Source: Polyangia bacterium
GTDB taxonomy: Bacteria; Myxococcota_A; Polyangia; JAAYKL01
Assembly (NCBI GenBank): GCA_050287845.1
Contig: JBNKCR010000051.1
Location: 1-59,854, forward strand
Length of the DNA stretch: 59,854 nucleotides
Reading direction: 5' to 3'
The notes under the pieces are model-generated. The model was given only the letters and a program-made list of their open reading frames with translations. It had not been told where the DNA came from and did not search any database. The stretch's first letter is position 1. Each line of letters begins with the position of its first letter. Shown here in pieces: positions 11,765-22,693 of this stretch. A program made the translations under genes and the position numbers.

Positions 11765-11857
11765 GATTCGAATCTGACCACAGTGATATCCGCCCGGTTT
11801 GTGTGTAGCTCGCCACAATACATGTAGAACATGTATCGATCGTTTTTGGAGGAACAA

Positions 11858-13255
11858 ATGAAAAGAGTATTGGGTTTGTATGTTATGGTTCTGTTGATTT
11901 TCGGGCTATCGGGTCTGACCGGCTGCAACAAAGAAAGCGACAGCAAAGAACATCAGACAGGAGATGCCGACACGGATGGCGATTCTGATGCCGATACGGA
12001 TGGCGATGCTGATACGGACACGGATAGTGACTCTGATACAGACACGGATAGTGATTCCGATACAGACACGGATAGTGATTCCGATACGGATTCGGATAGC
12101 GATTCTGATACGGACACGGATAGTGATTCTGACACAGACACGGACAGTGATTCAGATACGGACTCGGATACGGATGCTGATACAGACACGGACAGCGATA
12201 CGGATACGGATACGGATACGGATGCTGATTCCGATGATGACTCAGATTCGAGCGGGGGGACTGATTCTGAAACGGGAACGGTGAATTCGGTGGATGGCCC
12301 CTGTGATATATATCAATCCGCAGGCACTCCCTGCGTTGCCGCGCAAAGCACTGTCCGCGCGCTACTCGGTTCCTATGACGGCAACCTGTATCAGGTGAGA
12401 CGTTCAGATAATACGACGCTGGATATTCCGGTTCTCGAACCCGGCGGATACGCTGATGCGGCGAAGCAGGATGAATTCTGCGCCGGAACGGAATGCGTGG
12501 TTACGGTTGTTTACGATCAGAGCGGACATGGCAATGACCTGTGGTACCAGGGGTCCGAAGAGGTGCCGGGATCTCCCCAGAGTCATCCGGCGGTTGCGAC
12601 CACTGAATCTCTCACAGTGAATGGTCATAAAGTGTATTCTCTGTATATCAAACCGGGAAACAGTTATTGGCGTGATGGCTCCCAGACGGGCATGCCAACC
12701 GGGAGTGAGCCTGAGGGAATGTATATGGTGACAAGTGGAACTCACGTGAATGGGGGATGCTGTTTCGATTACGGAAACAGCGAGACCACCAGAAAGGCAG
12801 ATGCCGCTGGCGCCATGGACGCCATCAATTTCAGCACACAATGCTGGTTCGGCGGGTGCGACGGTCGCGGGCCATGGGTTCAGGCGGACCTGGAGTGGGG
12901 ACTTTTTCCAGGGGGAAGCCAGGATTGGAATTCCAGTCAGAAAGCGCTTCCACATCCATATGTCACCGCCATGTTGAAGAACAATGGAACGACCGAATTT
13001 GCACTGAAAGGAAGCAGTGCCCAGGAGGGAACCCTGACGACGATGTATCAGGGCTCTCTTCCCGGTGGTTACAGTCCCATGAAAAAACAGGGGGCATTGA
13101 TCCTCGGTTGTGGCGGTGACTGCTGTAAACCGGACGGCGGAGCCAATTTAAGTGAGGGAACATTCTACGAAGGCGCCCTGGTAGCCGGGTATCCCGCTGA
13201 TGAAACCGATGAACTGATTCAGCAGAATATTATTGCTGCCGGATATGGTCAATGA
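11858..13255 (+). CDS. GH54 alpha-L-arabinofuranosidase B-like lipoprotein (catalytic domain only)
   Basis: GPCDIY...TPCVAA.STVRAL, YDQSG.GNDL, GCCFDYGNSE, ADLEWG, GTFYEG; RBS GGAGG; no CBM42. Confidence 0.9.
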   Translation: MKRVLGLYVMVLLIFGLSGLTGCNKESDSKEHQTGDADTDGDSDADTDGDADTDTDSDSDTDTDSDSDTDTDSDSDTDSDSDSDTDTDSDSDTDTDSDSDTDSDTDADTDTDSDTDTDTDTDADSDDDSDSSGGTDSETGTVNSVDGPCDIYQSAGTPCVAAQSTVRALLGSYDGNLYQVRRSDNTTLDIPVLEPGGYADAAKQDEFCAGTECVVTVVYDQSGHGNDLWYQGSEEVPGSPQSHPAVATTESLTVNGHKVYSLYIKPGNSYWRDGSQTGMPTGSEPEGMYMVTSGTHVNGGCCFDYGNSETTRKADAAGAMDAINFSTQCWFGGCDGRGPWVQADLEWGLFPGGSQDWNSSQKALPHPYVTAMLKNNGTTEFALKGSSAQEGTLTTMYQGSLPGGYSPMKKQGALILGCGGDCCKPDGGANLSEGTFYEGALVAGYPADETDELIQQNIIAAGYGQ

Positions 13256-13803
13256 TTTAGGGTGTACCTCTGAAGCTGTACTGATTTGACAGACTCTTTT
13301 TCATCGACTCTTCCCGCTTTTCCTTTGCCTCTTTTTGACCATCCCTGTCGGGTACCATCACTCCATCCAATGACGCTGCCAGAATCGTTGTTTCTGCAGG
13401 AAGAGTCCCGCCGGGCTTCCAAAAGCTGCTCCAGTTTTGCAGAACTTGCGAGATTTAATGTCAACGATGAGGTATTGTCTTTCATGGGTGTTCTCTCCGG
13501 TTGTATGTTTTTGCTTCAACAACAACAATTTACACTAGGAGACACCTTTTTATATATTGTTTTCCCTTCAGATTGAGATCTGCACCCGATGATTGAAGTC
13601 GCATCGGATTCGAAGTAAAGAGTGTGTATCCTGATTGGAAAAATTTTTTTTTTAGACGCGCCCGGTTTGTTCTCATCGGGGCACAGTTAAGTGATGGGAC
13701 AATGTGGTCTCTCAGGGTTATCACTATTGCTTTATTAAAACAGGCAAGTTATTAGAACAGACAAAATCAATTTTGAAGTCTTTTTATATGAAGGGAGAAT
13801 TAT

Positions 13804-16476
13804 ATGCCAATATCTGTCACCACAGCCCAAACCACAATGATGGTTCTACTGGGTATCTTTCTGTGTATGTGTAGCTCATCTGGAGACGGGAATAATGGAG
13901 ATACGGGGGATAATACGGACAGCTCCGATATGGACTCCGATATGGACTCGGATACAGATTCCGATACGGACAGCGACACTGATGGAGATACAGATACGGA
14001 CGGCGATACGGATTCTGATACGGACACCGATTCCGATTCCGATTCCGATTCCGATTCCGACACCGACAGTGACACTGATACGGACACCGACGGAGATTCG
14101 GATAGTGATTCGGATACTGACAGTGATACGGACAGCGACTCCGATGGTGATACCGAAACCGATTCTGATACCGGACCCGAGTTGATATGCGAACCCTACA
14201 CGCCCTCCGGTCCAATTGATGTGGATGAACAGGGCGTTACGGTTTCCATGGGGGAAGGCATCGTGAAAGTGCAGGTATGTACGGCAGATGTTATGCGCGT
14301 ACAGTACACAACTGAGTCCGCAATTCCGGAAAAGACGTCCCTTGCCGTTAATGCCGACTGGGGAACGCCCGATTTCTGTGTGACGGATGATACCGCCTCC
14401 GCGATTATCACCACGACCCGGATGAAGGTGAAGATTAATATGCACAACGGTCTGGTAACCTTCACGGATCTGGACGAAAATGTAGTTCTGGCGGAGGACT
14501 CAAAGAGTGTTTCGCCGAACAGGGTGGAAAACGTCGACACACTTAAAATTGAAACAGTATTCAATTCCCCCGAAGATGAAGCGCTTTTTGGCCTTGGACA
14601 GTTTCAGGACAATCGGATGAATCGAAAAGGGAGTGATCGGCATATCTTTAATTCAAATGCTGAGACGGTAGTGCCGGTTTTAATTTCGAACAGGGGCTAT
14701 GGTATTTTCTGGGACAACTATTCTGAATCCGATTTTTACGGTCGGGAGTCATCCAATACGAAGTATCGCTATGTATCCCAGGCGGGAAAACTGGTGGACT
14801 ACTACTTCTTTTACGGTCCGGGCATGGATGATGTCATTGCCGGATACCGCACTGCCACCGGTGAAGCGCCCATGTATCCCAAATGGGCCTATGGTCTTTT
14901 TCAATCGAAAGATAAGTACGCCAGCCAACAGGAAATTCTGGGGATTAAGGACGGCTATCGCGATAACAATATTCCGGTGGACTGCATTGTGCAGGATTGG
15001 GATTACTGGACGCCCAACTCCTGGGGTTCACACCTGATGGATGAACGCCGTTATCCGGACCCGGGAGCGCTTGTCGATGAAATGCACGATGCCAATGTGC
15101 ACACCATGATATCTATCTGGCCGGTATATCAATATATGAGCAATCCTCCAAAATCCGATGATCAGGACAACTACAAAGCGCTGGATGCCATTGGGGGGCT
15201 GTTTCCCAATGTGAGTGGCGATTACCGGTTCTATGATACATTCAACGCAGATGCGAGAACGCTTATCTACCAGCAGCAGTATGAACGGCTGGTTGGCAAA
15301 TATGGATGGGATGGCATCTGGGCGGACAACACCGAGCCTCAGGACTATCCGCCGGGCGCCATCAACATTAAAGCGGTTGATACGGCATTCGGCAAAGGCG
15401 CCCATGTGGTCAATGCCTATCCCATCGGGCATAGCCAGGCGCTGTATGAGGGGTGGCGGAACATCGGGCCGGATGGCAAGCGAGTGTATGTTCTTACCCG
15501 AAGCGGATTTGCCGGACAGCAGCGCTATGCCACCACGTGCTGGTCCGGAGACATCGACTGTGACTTCCCAACATTTGCCCGGCAGATTCCCGCGGGGCTG
15601 AATTTTGTGGCAGCGGGGATTCCGTACTGGACCACGGATATTGGCGGATACTGGGGACACAATGTGGATTGGAGCACCTCAGGAAATAACGAGCTGTTCA
15701 TCCGATGGTTTCAGTACGGTGCATTCAACCCGATTTTCCGGATTCACGGTGGCGGTTCCAGGGAACTGTACGGCAATCAGTGGACTGAAACGACCCGGAC
15801 CAATCTGCTGAAAATTGATACGTTGCGTTATCGTCTGATGCCCTACATTTATTCTCTCGCCTGGATGGTCACCAGCAAGGCCTATACCATGATGCGCCCC
15901 CTCGTATTTGACTATCCCGATGACCCTGAAGTGTTTGATATTGGAGACCAGTTCCAGTTTGGTCCCGCAATTCTCGTCAACCCGGTGACTAAGGCAGGGG
16001 CGACGGAGCGGTCAATGTATTTCCCGGCAGGTAACTGGTACAACTTCTGGACCGGTGAACAGGTCAGTGGCGCACAGCGTCAGACTGTGACTGCACCGCT
16101 GAGTGAAATTCCCCTATTTGTCAAGGCGGGCGCCATCGTTCCGATGGGGCCGGAGATTCAATATGCCACTGAGAGCATCGACCCATTGGAAATCCGAGTG
16201 TATCCTGGAAAAGATGGGAAATTCACCCTGTATGACGATGCCGGAGATGGCTATGCTTACGAAAATGGCGAATACGCAACAATCGAATTCACCTGGAATG
16301 AAACCGATCAGACTCTTGTGATTGGCAACAGAAAAGGCGAGTACGATGGCATGCCTGCCAATAGAACTTTTAATATTGTGTTGGTGGATACCAATCATGG
16401 GACCGGAACAGAAATCACAACGCCCGACCAGACGGTTGAATACGATGGAACCGAAACCAGCGTAACTCTCGAGTAG
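13804..16476 (+). CDS. GH31 alpha-xylosidase-like lipoprotein
   Basis: [58 protein letters not shown]5110-like C-terminus. Confidence 0.92.
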   Translation: MPISVTTAQTTMMVLLGIFLCMCSSSGDGNNGDTGDNTDSSDMDSDMDSDTDSDTDSDTDGDTDTDGDTDSDTDTDSDSDSDSDSDTDSDTDTDTDGDSDSDSDTDSDTDSDSDGDTETDSDTGPELICEPYTPSGPIDVDEQGVTVSMGEGIVKVQVCTADVMRVQYTTESAIPEKTSLAVNADWGTPDFCVTDDTASAIITTTRMKVKINMHNGLVTFTDLDENVVLAEDSKSVSPNRVENVDTLKIETVFNSPEDEALFGLGQFQDNRMNRKGSDRHIFNSNAETVVPVLISNRGYGIFWDNYSESDFYGRESSNTKYRYVSQAGKLVDYYFFYGPGMDDVIAGYRTATGEAPMYPKWAYGLFQSKDKYASQQEILGIKDGYRDNNIPVDCIVQDWDYWTPNSWGSHLMDERRYPDPGALVDEMHDANVHTMISIWPVYQYMSNPPKSDDQDNYKALDAIGGLFPNVSGDYRFYDTFNADARTLIYQQQYERLVGKYGWDGIWADNTEPQDYPPGAINIKAVDTAFGKGAHVVNAYPIGHSQALYEGWRNIGPDGKRVYVLTRSGFAGQQRYATTCWSGDIDCDFPTFARQIPAGLNFVAAGIPYWTTDIGGYWGHNVDWSTSGNNELFIRWFQYGAFNPIFRIHGGGSRELYGNQWTETTRTNLLKIDTLRYRLMPYIYSLAWMVTSKAYTMMRPLVFDYPDDPEVFDIGDQFQFGPAILVNPVTKAGATERSMYFPAGNWYNFWTGEQVSGAQRQTVTAPLSEIPLFVKAGAIVPMGPEIQYATESIDPLEIRVYPGKDGKFTLYDDAGDGYAYENGEYATIEFTWNETDQTLVIGNRKGEYDGMPANRTFNIVLVDTNHGTGTEITTPDQTVEYDGTETSVTLE

Positions 16477-16548
16477 CGAATGAAATCTTCCGTGTAAGAA
16501 TGGCCGACAAAGTGCCGATGTTGCCTCCACCTGTGAGTTGGCGACGAT

Positions 16549-16918
16549 GATTGACAGGAAGACGACGTGTAAAAAAACATTCGCAGATGATTCCGCCCGG
16601 TCTACCAATACTAAATGCTCATACAATTGATTCATTTTGCCTCTTTTAAAAAGGATGCGCCAGATATGGACGCTCGCCTGGAGGAGAGACAGAAGTGTCA
16701 ATGGGTGAATTAACCAGGGTCATTCTCGGAAGAGATTGATAGGAAGACGACGTGTAAAAAAAACATTCGCAGATGATTCCGCCCGGTCTACCAATACTAA
16801 ATGCTCATACAATTGATTCATTTTGCCTCTTGCAAAAGGATGCGCCAGATATGGACGCTCGTTTGGAGGAGAGACAGAAGTGTCAATGGGTGAATTAACC
16901 AGGGTCATTCTCAGAAGA
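16549..16918 (+). repeat. Tandem duplication, 2 x 185 bp (16549-16733, 16734-16918)
   Basis: Near-identical intergenic copies differing by a few substitutions and 1-nt indels. Confidence 0.95.
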
Positions 16919-16949
16919 AAATCGAACGGGTAACTGAAGGAGAATATCA

Positions 16950-19082
16950 ATGAGTCTAAACTGGATCTGGAGTTCATTATTTCTGGTCGCGTTGGTGGCA
17001 GCCGGTGGTTGTTCTGACGACGGTGAAAAGAGCAATCAATCAGATTCGTCCACAGATGCCGATTCCGACGCTGATTCGGATACAGATGTGGATGCGGATT
17101 CCGATACTGACGCCGACTCGGATGCGGACTCAGATTCGGACGGCGACTCAGATTCGGACGCAGATTCAGATTCGGATACCGATGCGGATTCCGATTCAGA
17201 CACAGATGCGGATGGAGATGTCCCCATTGAGTTTTCGGAATATCTGTCGCCATTTGATCTGGCATATTCTCCCGACGGCTCATTGCTGGCCGTATCGGAC
17301 GCCTCCAGCGGCGCGCTTTACGTTATTGATGGACCTTCGGACACCTCGCTCTGTACCGTTTCGCTCAAAGGGTTTGGCAAGGGAGTGGCGTGGTCGTCTG
17401 ACACCACCGTATGGGTGGCCGAGTATGATGCGGGCACGGTTGCAGAAATAGATGCGGAAGATTGCGAAGTGCTTCGGAGATTCGATGTGGGGGCCAAGCC
17501 TGTGGGGATTGCGATTGCGAGCGGAACGGCAGTGGTTGCTGAATATGGGTTGGGTCAGATTCTGATAATCGATGCAGCCACTGGTGATATTGAAAAAACA
17601 ATTGAAACAAAGGCGTATCCGGAGTTTGTGGATATCACGCCGGACGGACAGACCGCTCTGGTGGGCCATCACTTGCCCACCGGTGACTCCTCACAATACG
17701 GTATGGCGTCAACCATTGACGTGGTTGATTTGGCTACCATGACAATCAGCGACGAAATTTTGCTACCGTTCGGATCCAGCAATCTTCATCAGATTCGATG
17801 TGCGCCCGATGGATCCTATGCATACGCGGTGCATACCCTGGGAAGAGTCACACTGCCCACCACTCAAATCACCAAAGGGTGGGTGAATACAAATGCGCTG
17901 AGCATTATCAACCTGAAATCGAAATCCCGATACACAACGGTGCTTCTGGATCGGATGATGCACGGTGCCTCGGATCCCTGGGGAATCGCCATGGATCCGG
18001 GAGGTGGAAAGTTGTGGGTCAGCGTGGCAGGCACCCGACAGGTGATTCAGGTCAATCTGAGTGAATTGCATCGATTGCTTGAAAACGGCGCAGGGCCAAA
18101 CGCGAAATTCAACCCGTATTACCGGGATAAAAAGGACTACGACCGACCGTATTCAGACATCTGGCTGAAGATTTCGGAAGATCCCTCCAATCGGGAGTTG
18201 CTGCAGAATGATCTGGGGGCATTGTGGGGTGCCGGTGTTCTGGAAATTATTGATGTGGATGCCGATGGCCCCCGGGGCATTGCCGTTTCTCCGGATGGCG
18301 GGAAACTGGCTGTGGGTGCCTATTTTTCGGGGTCGGTAACTTTTTTGAATACGGAAGGCAACGCAGTACAGGGCGACATCAGCCTGGGGGATATGCCCCA
18401 GGAGGATGCGGTCAGACGAGGGGAGAAGCTGTTCTATGATGCGGTGAGCACTCAGCAGAAGTGGTTGAGTTGCGCAACCTGTCATCCGGGAGGTGCCGGC
18501 GCGGATGGATTGAACTGGGATTTGCTCAATGATGGAATGGGGAACTCCAAGAACACCAAGTCTTTAATATACTCTCCGCTGACACCGCCGATGATTGCAA
18601 CCGGCGCCCGAGAAAACGTGGACGCATCCATCAATGCAGGCTTCCGGTTCATTAAGTTTGTTATACCGAGTGCAGATCAGCTGGCAGACGTGCGCGCATA
18701 CCTGGACGCAAAAGAAGTTGAACGGAGCCCATATCGAAAGGGAAACCGGATGTCGGCGAGTGCCAGAGCGGGGAAAAAGCTGTTTGAAGGAGATGCCCAA
18801 TGTGCCAAATGCCACCCGGGGCCGCTGTTCACGGATCTCAAGTCCTATGATGTGGGAACCAGGCATACGGTGGATAAAACCGGCACCTTCGATACACCCA
18901 CGGTTCTGGGGATGTGGAATACCGCACCCTATCTCCACGATGGGACTGCGCCAACACTCATGGATGTGCTGACAACGTTCAACCCGGACGACAAGCACGG
19001 GGTGACATCAAATCTGTCAGAGGAGCAGCTGCAACAGCTGGTGGATTACATGCTTGAACTTGACTTCCGGGACATGGAGTAA
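16950..19082 (+). CDS. YVTN/YncE beta-propeller fused to di-heme CcP/MauG-like cytochrome c (lipoprotein)
   Basis: Lipobox AGGC, DS linker, SPDG/TPDG blades, CATCH and CAKCH heme motifs, FDTPTV...APYLHDG. Confidence 0.88.
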   Translation: MSLNWIWSSLFLVALVAAGGCSDDGEKSNQSDSSTDADSDADSDTDVDADSDTDADSDADSDSDGDSDSDADSDSDTDADSDSDTDADGDVPIEFSEYLSPFDLAYSPDGSLLAVSDASSGALYVIDGPSDTSLCTVSLKGFGKGVAWSSDTTVWVAEYDAGTVAEIDAEDCEVLRRFDVGAKPVGIAIASGTAVVAEYGLGQILIIDAATGDIEKTIETKAYPEFVDITPDGQTALVGHHLPTGDSSQYGMASTIDVVDLATMTISDEILLPFGSSNLHQIRCAPDGSYAYAVHTLGRVTLPTTQITKGWVNTNALSIINLKSKSRYTTVLLDRMMHGASDPWGIAMDPGGGKLWVSVAGTRQVIQVNLSELHRLLENGAGPNAKFNPYYRDKKDYDRPYSDIWLKISEDPSNRELLQNDLGALWGAGVLEIIDVDADGPRGIAVSPDGGKLAVGAYFSGSVTFLNTEGNAVQGDISLGDMPQEDAVRRGEKLFYDAVSTQQKWLSCATCHPGGAGADGLNWDLLNDGMGNSKNTKSLIYSPLTPPMIATGARENVDASINAGFRFIKFVIPSADQLADVRAYLDAKEVERSPYRKGNRMSASARAGKKLFEGDAQCAKCHPGPLFTDLKSYDVGTRHTVDKTGTFDTPTVLGMWNTAPYLHDGTAPTLMDVLTTFNPDDKHGVTSNLSEEQLQQLVDYMLELDFRDME

Positions 19083-21262
19083 TGAGGTGTATTATGAGGT
19101 GTAAAATGAATCATATGCAAGAAGCGAAATCATCTGTTGCACGGAAGAACAGTTTCCTCTGGACACTCACTCTGCTCAGCGGGTTGCTGTTCAGCACCGG
19201 CGCGTTTGCCCAGATCAATCTTGACGATCCGGTTTTTGATTTTGACGATATTCTGTTTGTCAGCCGGCCTTTTCTCAATGCACTGGATAATCACGGGGCC
19301 GGGGGCCATATGTGTGACCAGTATCACGGGTTCAATGCCAGTGAAGGTGGGTTGTTTATTCTGCAGAATGCATTTTCCGGAAATCCATCGGTTAAGAACG
19401 TGCTGGAAAATTCAGTGGTGGAAAATGGCCGATTTCAGGGGCGAAAACTTGATTTCGGTGGATTCCTTTCACCGGATTTGAGTTACGACGGCAAACAGAT
19501 TCTGTTTGCCTGGACTGAAAAAGGTCGATTTACTCAGGAATGGAATGAGACCAATACATTTCATATATTTAAAGTCAATGTTGATGGCACCGGTCTGACA
19601 CAGCTCACGGACGGAAACAGCAATGACTTTGATCCGGTCTGGTTGCCGGATGGACGGATTGTGTTTATTTCGGACCGTCGTGGTGGATACGGGCGGTGCC
19701 ACCCGAGACCGGTGCCTACTTACACCCTCCATATCATGAATGATGATGGCAGCAACGTTCGCACGATCAGCTGGCACGAGACCAATGAGTGGCAGCCCAG
19801 TGTGGACAACAACGGAATGATTATCTACACAAGATGGGACTATGTCGATAGGGGTGAAAATCAGATGCACAGCCCGTGGATAACCACTCCTGATGGACTG
19901 GATGCCCGGGCTATCAATCTGAACTATCCGTTTGATGAGTGGAGACTGCCCCGCATGATCATTTCGCTGCGGGCAATTCCGAATTCCGACAAGTACGTGG
20001 CGATTGCCATGGGGCACCACGCGCAGAGCTATGGCTCAGTGATTCTTGTGGACCCCAATATAGAAGATGACGACGCCATGGGGCCCATCGAACGGATAAC
20101 GCGGGACGCGGGATTCCCGGAGTCAACCGCGGGAACGAACAGTGACCAGTTTTACGCTTCTCCGTGGCCTTTAAGCGAAGATTTATTCATGGTTGCCCAT
20201 GAGCCCAATTATTCCACCAACCGTATCGCTGATCTTCGTTATGGTATCTACATTATCGATCGGTGGGGGAATAAGCAGGAGATTTACACGGACTGGAATC
20301 TGTCAGTGATGGATCCGATTCCGCTCAAGGCGCGCCCCAAACCCGTACCGGTGACCGGACTGTATTTTGAGAACATGCCGGCAGCGTTCGCGGACAATGC
20401 CACGGTGTCTGTGATGAATGTGTACGACAGTATGATTCCATTCGATGAGAATGTGAAGATAGACAAATTGAGAATTGTTCAGGTGTTGCCCAAAACAACA
20501 CCCAATAACGCGAATCCGAGGGTTTCGTATTATATTAACCGGAATACACGACAGGTGCTGGGGACCGTTCCCGTGGAGGATGACGGCAGCGCCTATTTCT
20601 ATCTGCCCTATGATATGCCAGTGTACTTTCAGGCGCTGGATGAGAACGGGCTGGCCTATCAATCGATGCGTTCTGCAACGTATGTTCCCTATGGTAACAG
20701 TCACATGACCTGTCAGGGATGTCATGAACCCCGGCATACCGCACCCGCGATACCAAAGTCGTATCCCAAAGCCCTGCTTCGCGCGCCATCCACCATCGAA
20801 CCGGAAACCGTTCCCGGGGCAAAGCCATTCAGTTATCCACGTCTGGTGCAACCGGTGCTGGATGCAAACTGTGTGAGTTGTCACAACGGAAACCAGGCCA
20901 TGGGACTCAGAGCCGACCGCGGGTTTGACGGGTTCTATGAGTCGTATCGCAATCTGTATGAAGGAAATTTTGCATTCGGATATGATGAACGGAATTTTGT
21001 ACCGGAAATCGGCCGGCCATATTGCGAAAAGGACGGGGGAGACGGACCTGAATTTTATGGGTATCCCCGATCCATTCCGGGGCGCGTGGGCGCCCGGGCG
21101 TCAAAGCTGTATTCGCATATCACTTCCGGGCATGTGGATTTGAGTGAAGAAGATTTGCATCGTATTTCGTTGTGGCTTGATCTGACGTCGCAGTTCCTCG
21201 GTGTCTATCACGACGTGGATGCTCAGGCCAATGGTGAAATCGTACAGCCGATCCTTCAATGA
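19082..21262 (+). CDS. HzsA-like protein: TolB/PD40 propeller + HZS-alpha middle domain, two c-hemes
   Basis: Signal peptide, LSYDGKQILFAW, DFDPVWLPDGRIVFISDR, YTRWDYVDR, LGTVPVEDDGSAYF...FQALDENG....MRS...CQGCHE, CVSCH; TAATG coupling to upstream gene. Confidence 0.85.
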   Translation: MRCIMRCKMNHMQEAKSSVARKNSFLWTLTLLSGLLFSTGAFAQINLDDPVFDFDDILFVSRPFLNALDNHGAGGHMCDQYHGFNASEGGLFILQNAFSGNPSVKNVLENSVVENGRFQGRKLDFGGFLSPDLSYDGKQILFAWTEKGRFTQEWNETNTFHIFKVNVDGTGLTQLTDGNSNDFDPVWLPDGRIVFISDRRGGYGRCHPRPVPTYTLHIMNDDGSNVRTISWHETNEWQPSVDNNGMIIYTRWDYVDRGENQMHSPWITTPDGLDARAINLNYPFDEWRLPRMIISLRAIPNSDKYVAIAMGHHAQSYGSVILVDPNIEDDDAMGPIERITRDAGFPESTAGTNSDQFYASPWPLSEDLFMVAHEPNYSTNRIADLRYGIYIIDRWGNKQEIYTDWNLSVMDPIPLKARPKPVPVTGLYFENMPAAFADNATVSVMNVYDSMIPFDENVKIDKLRIVQVLPKTTPNNANPRVSYYINRNTRQVLGTVPVEDDGSAYFYLPYDMPVYFQALDENGLAYQSMRSATYVPYGNSHMTCQGCHEPRHTAPAIPKSYPKALLRAPSTIEPETVPGAKPFSYPRLVQPVLDANCVSCHNGNQAMGLRADRGFDGFYESYRNLYEGNFAFGYDERNFVPEIGRPYCEKDGGDGPEFYGYPRSIPGRVGARASKLYSHITSGHVDLSEEDLHRISLWLDLTSQFLGVYHDVDAQANGEIVQPILQ

Positions 21263-21333
21263 GCTTTGCGTGTCTCCATCCTCAATATTGAACATATAGC
21301 TCCCGAACACTCTGGCCTGAAAGGGATTCGTGC

Positions 21334-22524
21334 ATGCATTTTAACAAGTTGAATGAACAGATTGCCATTTCGTCGTTTCGCTCGGAAGCCGGTTGTTGTG
21401 AAACCTGTGTTGTTATCACCCCCGATGTCTTTCACGCGCAGTTCTCTGATTCCCTGCTGGAAATCAGTCGATGTATTGATTTGGCCGTTGAGCAGGCTGG
21501 CGTGTCACTGGCATCGCTCGTTTTTTCCAGACTGTATCTCAGCGATATTGAAAATCAGAAGACAGAGGTTCAGAAATCACCTTTGTATGAACAGCTGGCG
21601 GGCGCGGCATTTTCTGTTATTGGCCAACCGCCGCTTACGGGTGGCTCCTCCTGTCTGTTGCTTTATTTCACTGAAGGACTTGTTGCCCGGAAATTGGACC
21701 GCATCAGAGAGGCCGACGGTAATGGCGAGGATACATGGGGCAACACCTGGGTGTTTCGGGGACAGCATTATTCACTGCTGTGGGGCGCCAACTATACCGC
21801 CGCGGATAAGTGTGACTCCGAAGATGCGACACGGCGCCTGTTTGAACAACTGAACCATGAACTGGAAATGAATCATATGTCGACGCAGCATGATTTGCTT
21901 CGGACATGGGTGTATGTGAGAGACGTGGACAACAGATACAGGGGGATGGTGGATGCCCGACGGGCTTTTTTTGAACAGCACGGGTTGACAGCGGATTTCA
22001 GATTTCCCGCAAGCACCGGTATTGAAGGCCAGGCCCATACTGTTTCCTGTCTGGTGGATATGGATGCCCTGGCGTATAACAAACTTGCGGCAGAGCAGAT
22101 TATTCGGATGGAAGCCCTGGAATATCTCAATCCCACGATTGATTATGGCGTTACATTTGACCGGGGGATTCGAATCCGTTTTGGCGACCGGTCGCATATG
22201 TATATTTCCGGAACTGCCAGTATAAACAAATGTGGCGACATTCAGCATCCGGGGGATGTGCTGAAACAGACCGAGCGAACTGTGGTGAATATGTCTGCCC
22301 TGCTGGAAAAACAGGGGGCAACATTAAGGGATATGGCTTATATCATTCTCTATCTTCGGGATACCGTCGCATGGTCTGCGGTGAAAGAACATTTGCATAC
22401 CCTGGTTCCCGCTGAAATCCCCATTATCCCGGTTTCTGCGGCTGTCTGTCGACCTGGATGGCTGATTGAAATGGAGGGGGTTGCAATTGTCAGGGACAAT
22501 GCACCATTTCCGAAATTTCTATAG
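21334..22524 (+). CDS. Double-domain Rid/YjgF family hydrolase (FkbO/Hyg5-related fold)
   Basis: RTWVYVRDVD, ASTGIEG, YGVTFDRG, YISGTASI, VCRPGWLIEMEG. Confidence 0.8.
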   Translation: MHFNKLNEQIAISSFRSEAGCCETCVVITPDVFHAQFSDSLLEISRCIDLAVEQAGVSLASLVFSRLYLSDIENQKTEVQKSPLYEQLAGAAFSVIGQPPLTGGSSCLLLYFTEGLVARKLDRIREADGNGEDTWGNTWVFRGQHYSLLWGANYTAADKCDSEDATRRLFEQLNHELEMNHMSTQHDLLRTWVYVRDVDNRYRGMVDARRAFFEQHGLTADFRFPASTGIEGQAHTVSCLVDMDALAYNKLAAEQIIRMEALEYLNPTIDYGVTFDRGIRIRFGDRSHMYISGTASINKCGDIQHPGDVLKQTERTVVNMSALLEKQGATLRDMAYIILYLRDTVAWSAVKEHLHTLVPAEIPIIPVSAAVCRPGWLIEMEGVAIVRDNAPFPKFL

Positions 22525-22693
22525 AGTATTCCAGATGAATTTAAAAAAAACAGTAACAGCAAATTGCTGAATTTTATTGGTTGTATTTGCAGTTATTTTG
22601 GAAATAGAACCACCCGAATCTTTATTTTTACTCGCACCTATATCTAACAGCACCTGATTGTGCCATTGCGCCGCAATATGAAATTGTGGTCGA

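Noticed and set aside
13249..13485. Small minus-strand ORF with a possible RBS
   Set aside because: No recognisable motif; cannot be distinguished from chance
16950..21262. True anammox hydrazine synthase (hzsABC)
   Set aside because: No hao/hdh or other anammox context; lipoprotein tether and CAZyme neighbours; only architectural similarity is supported
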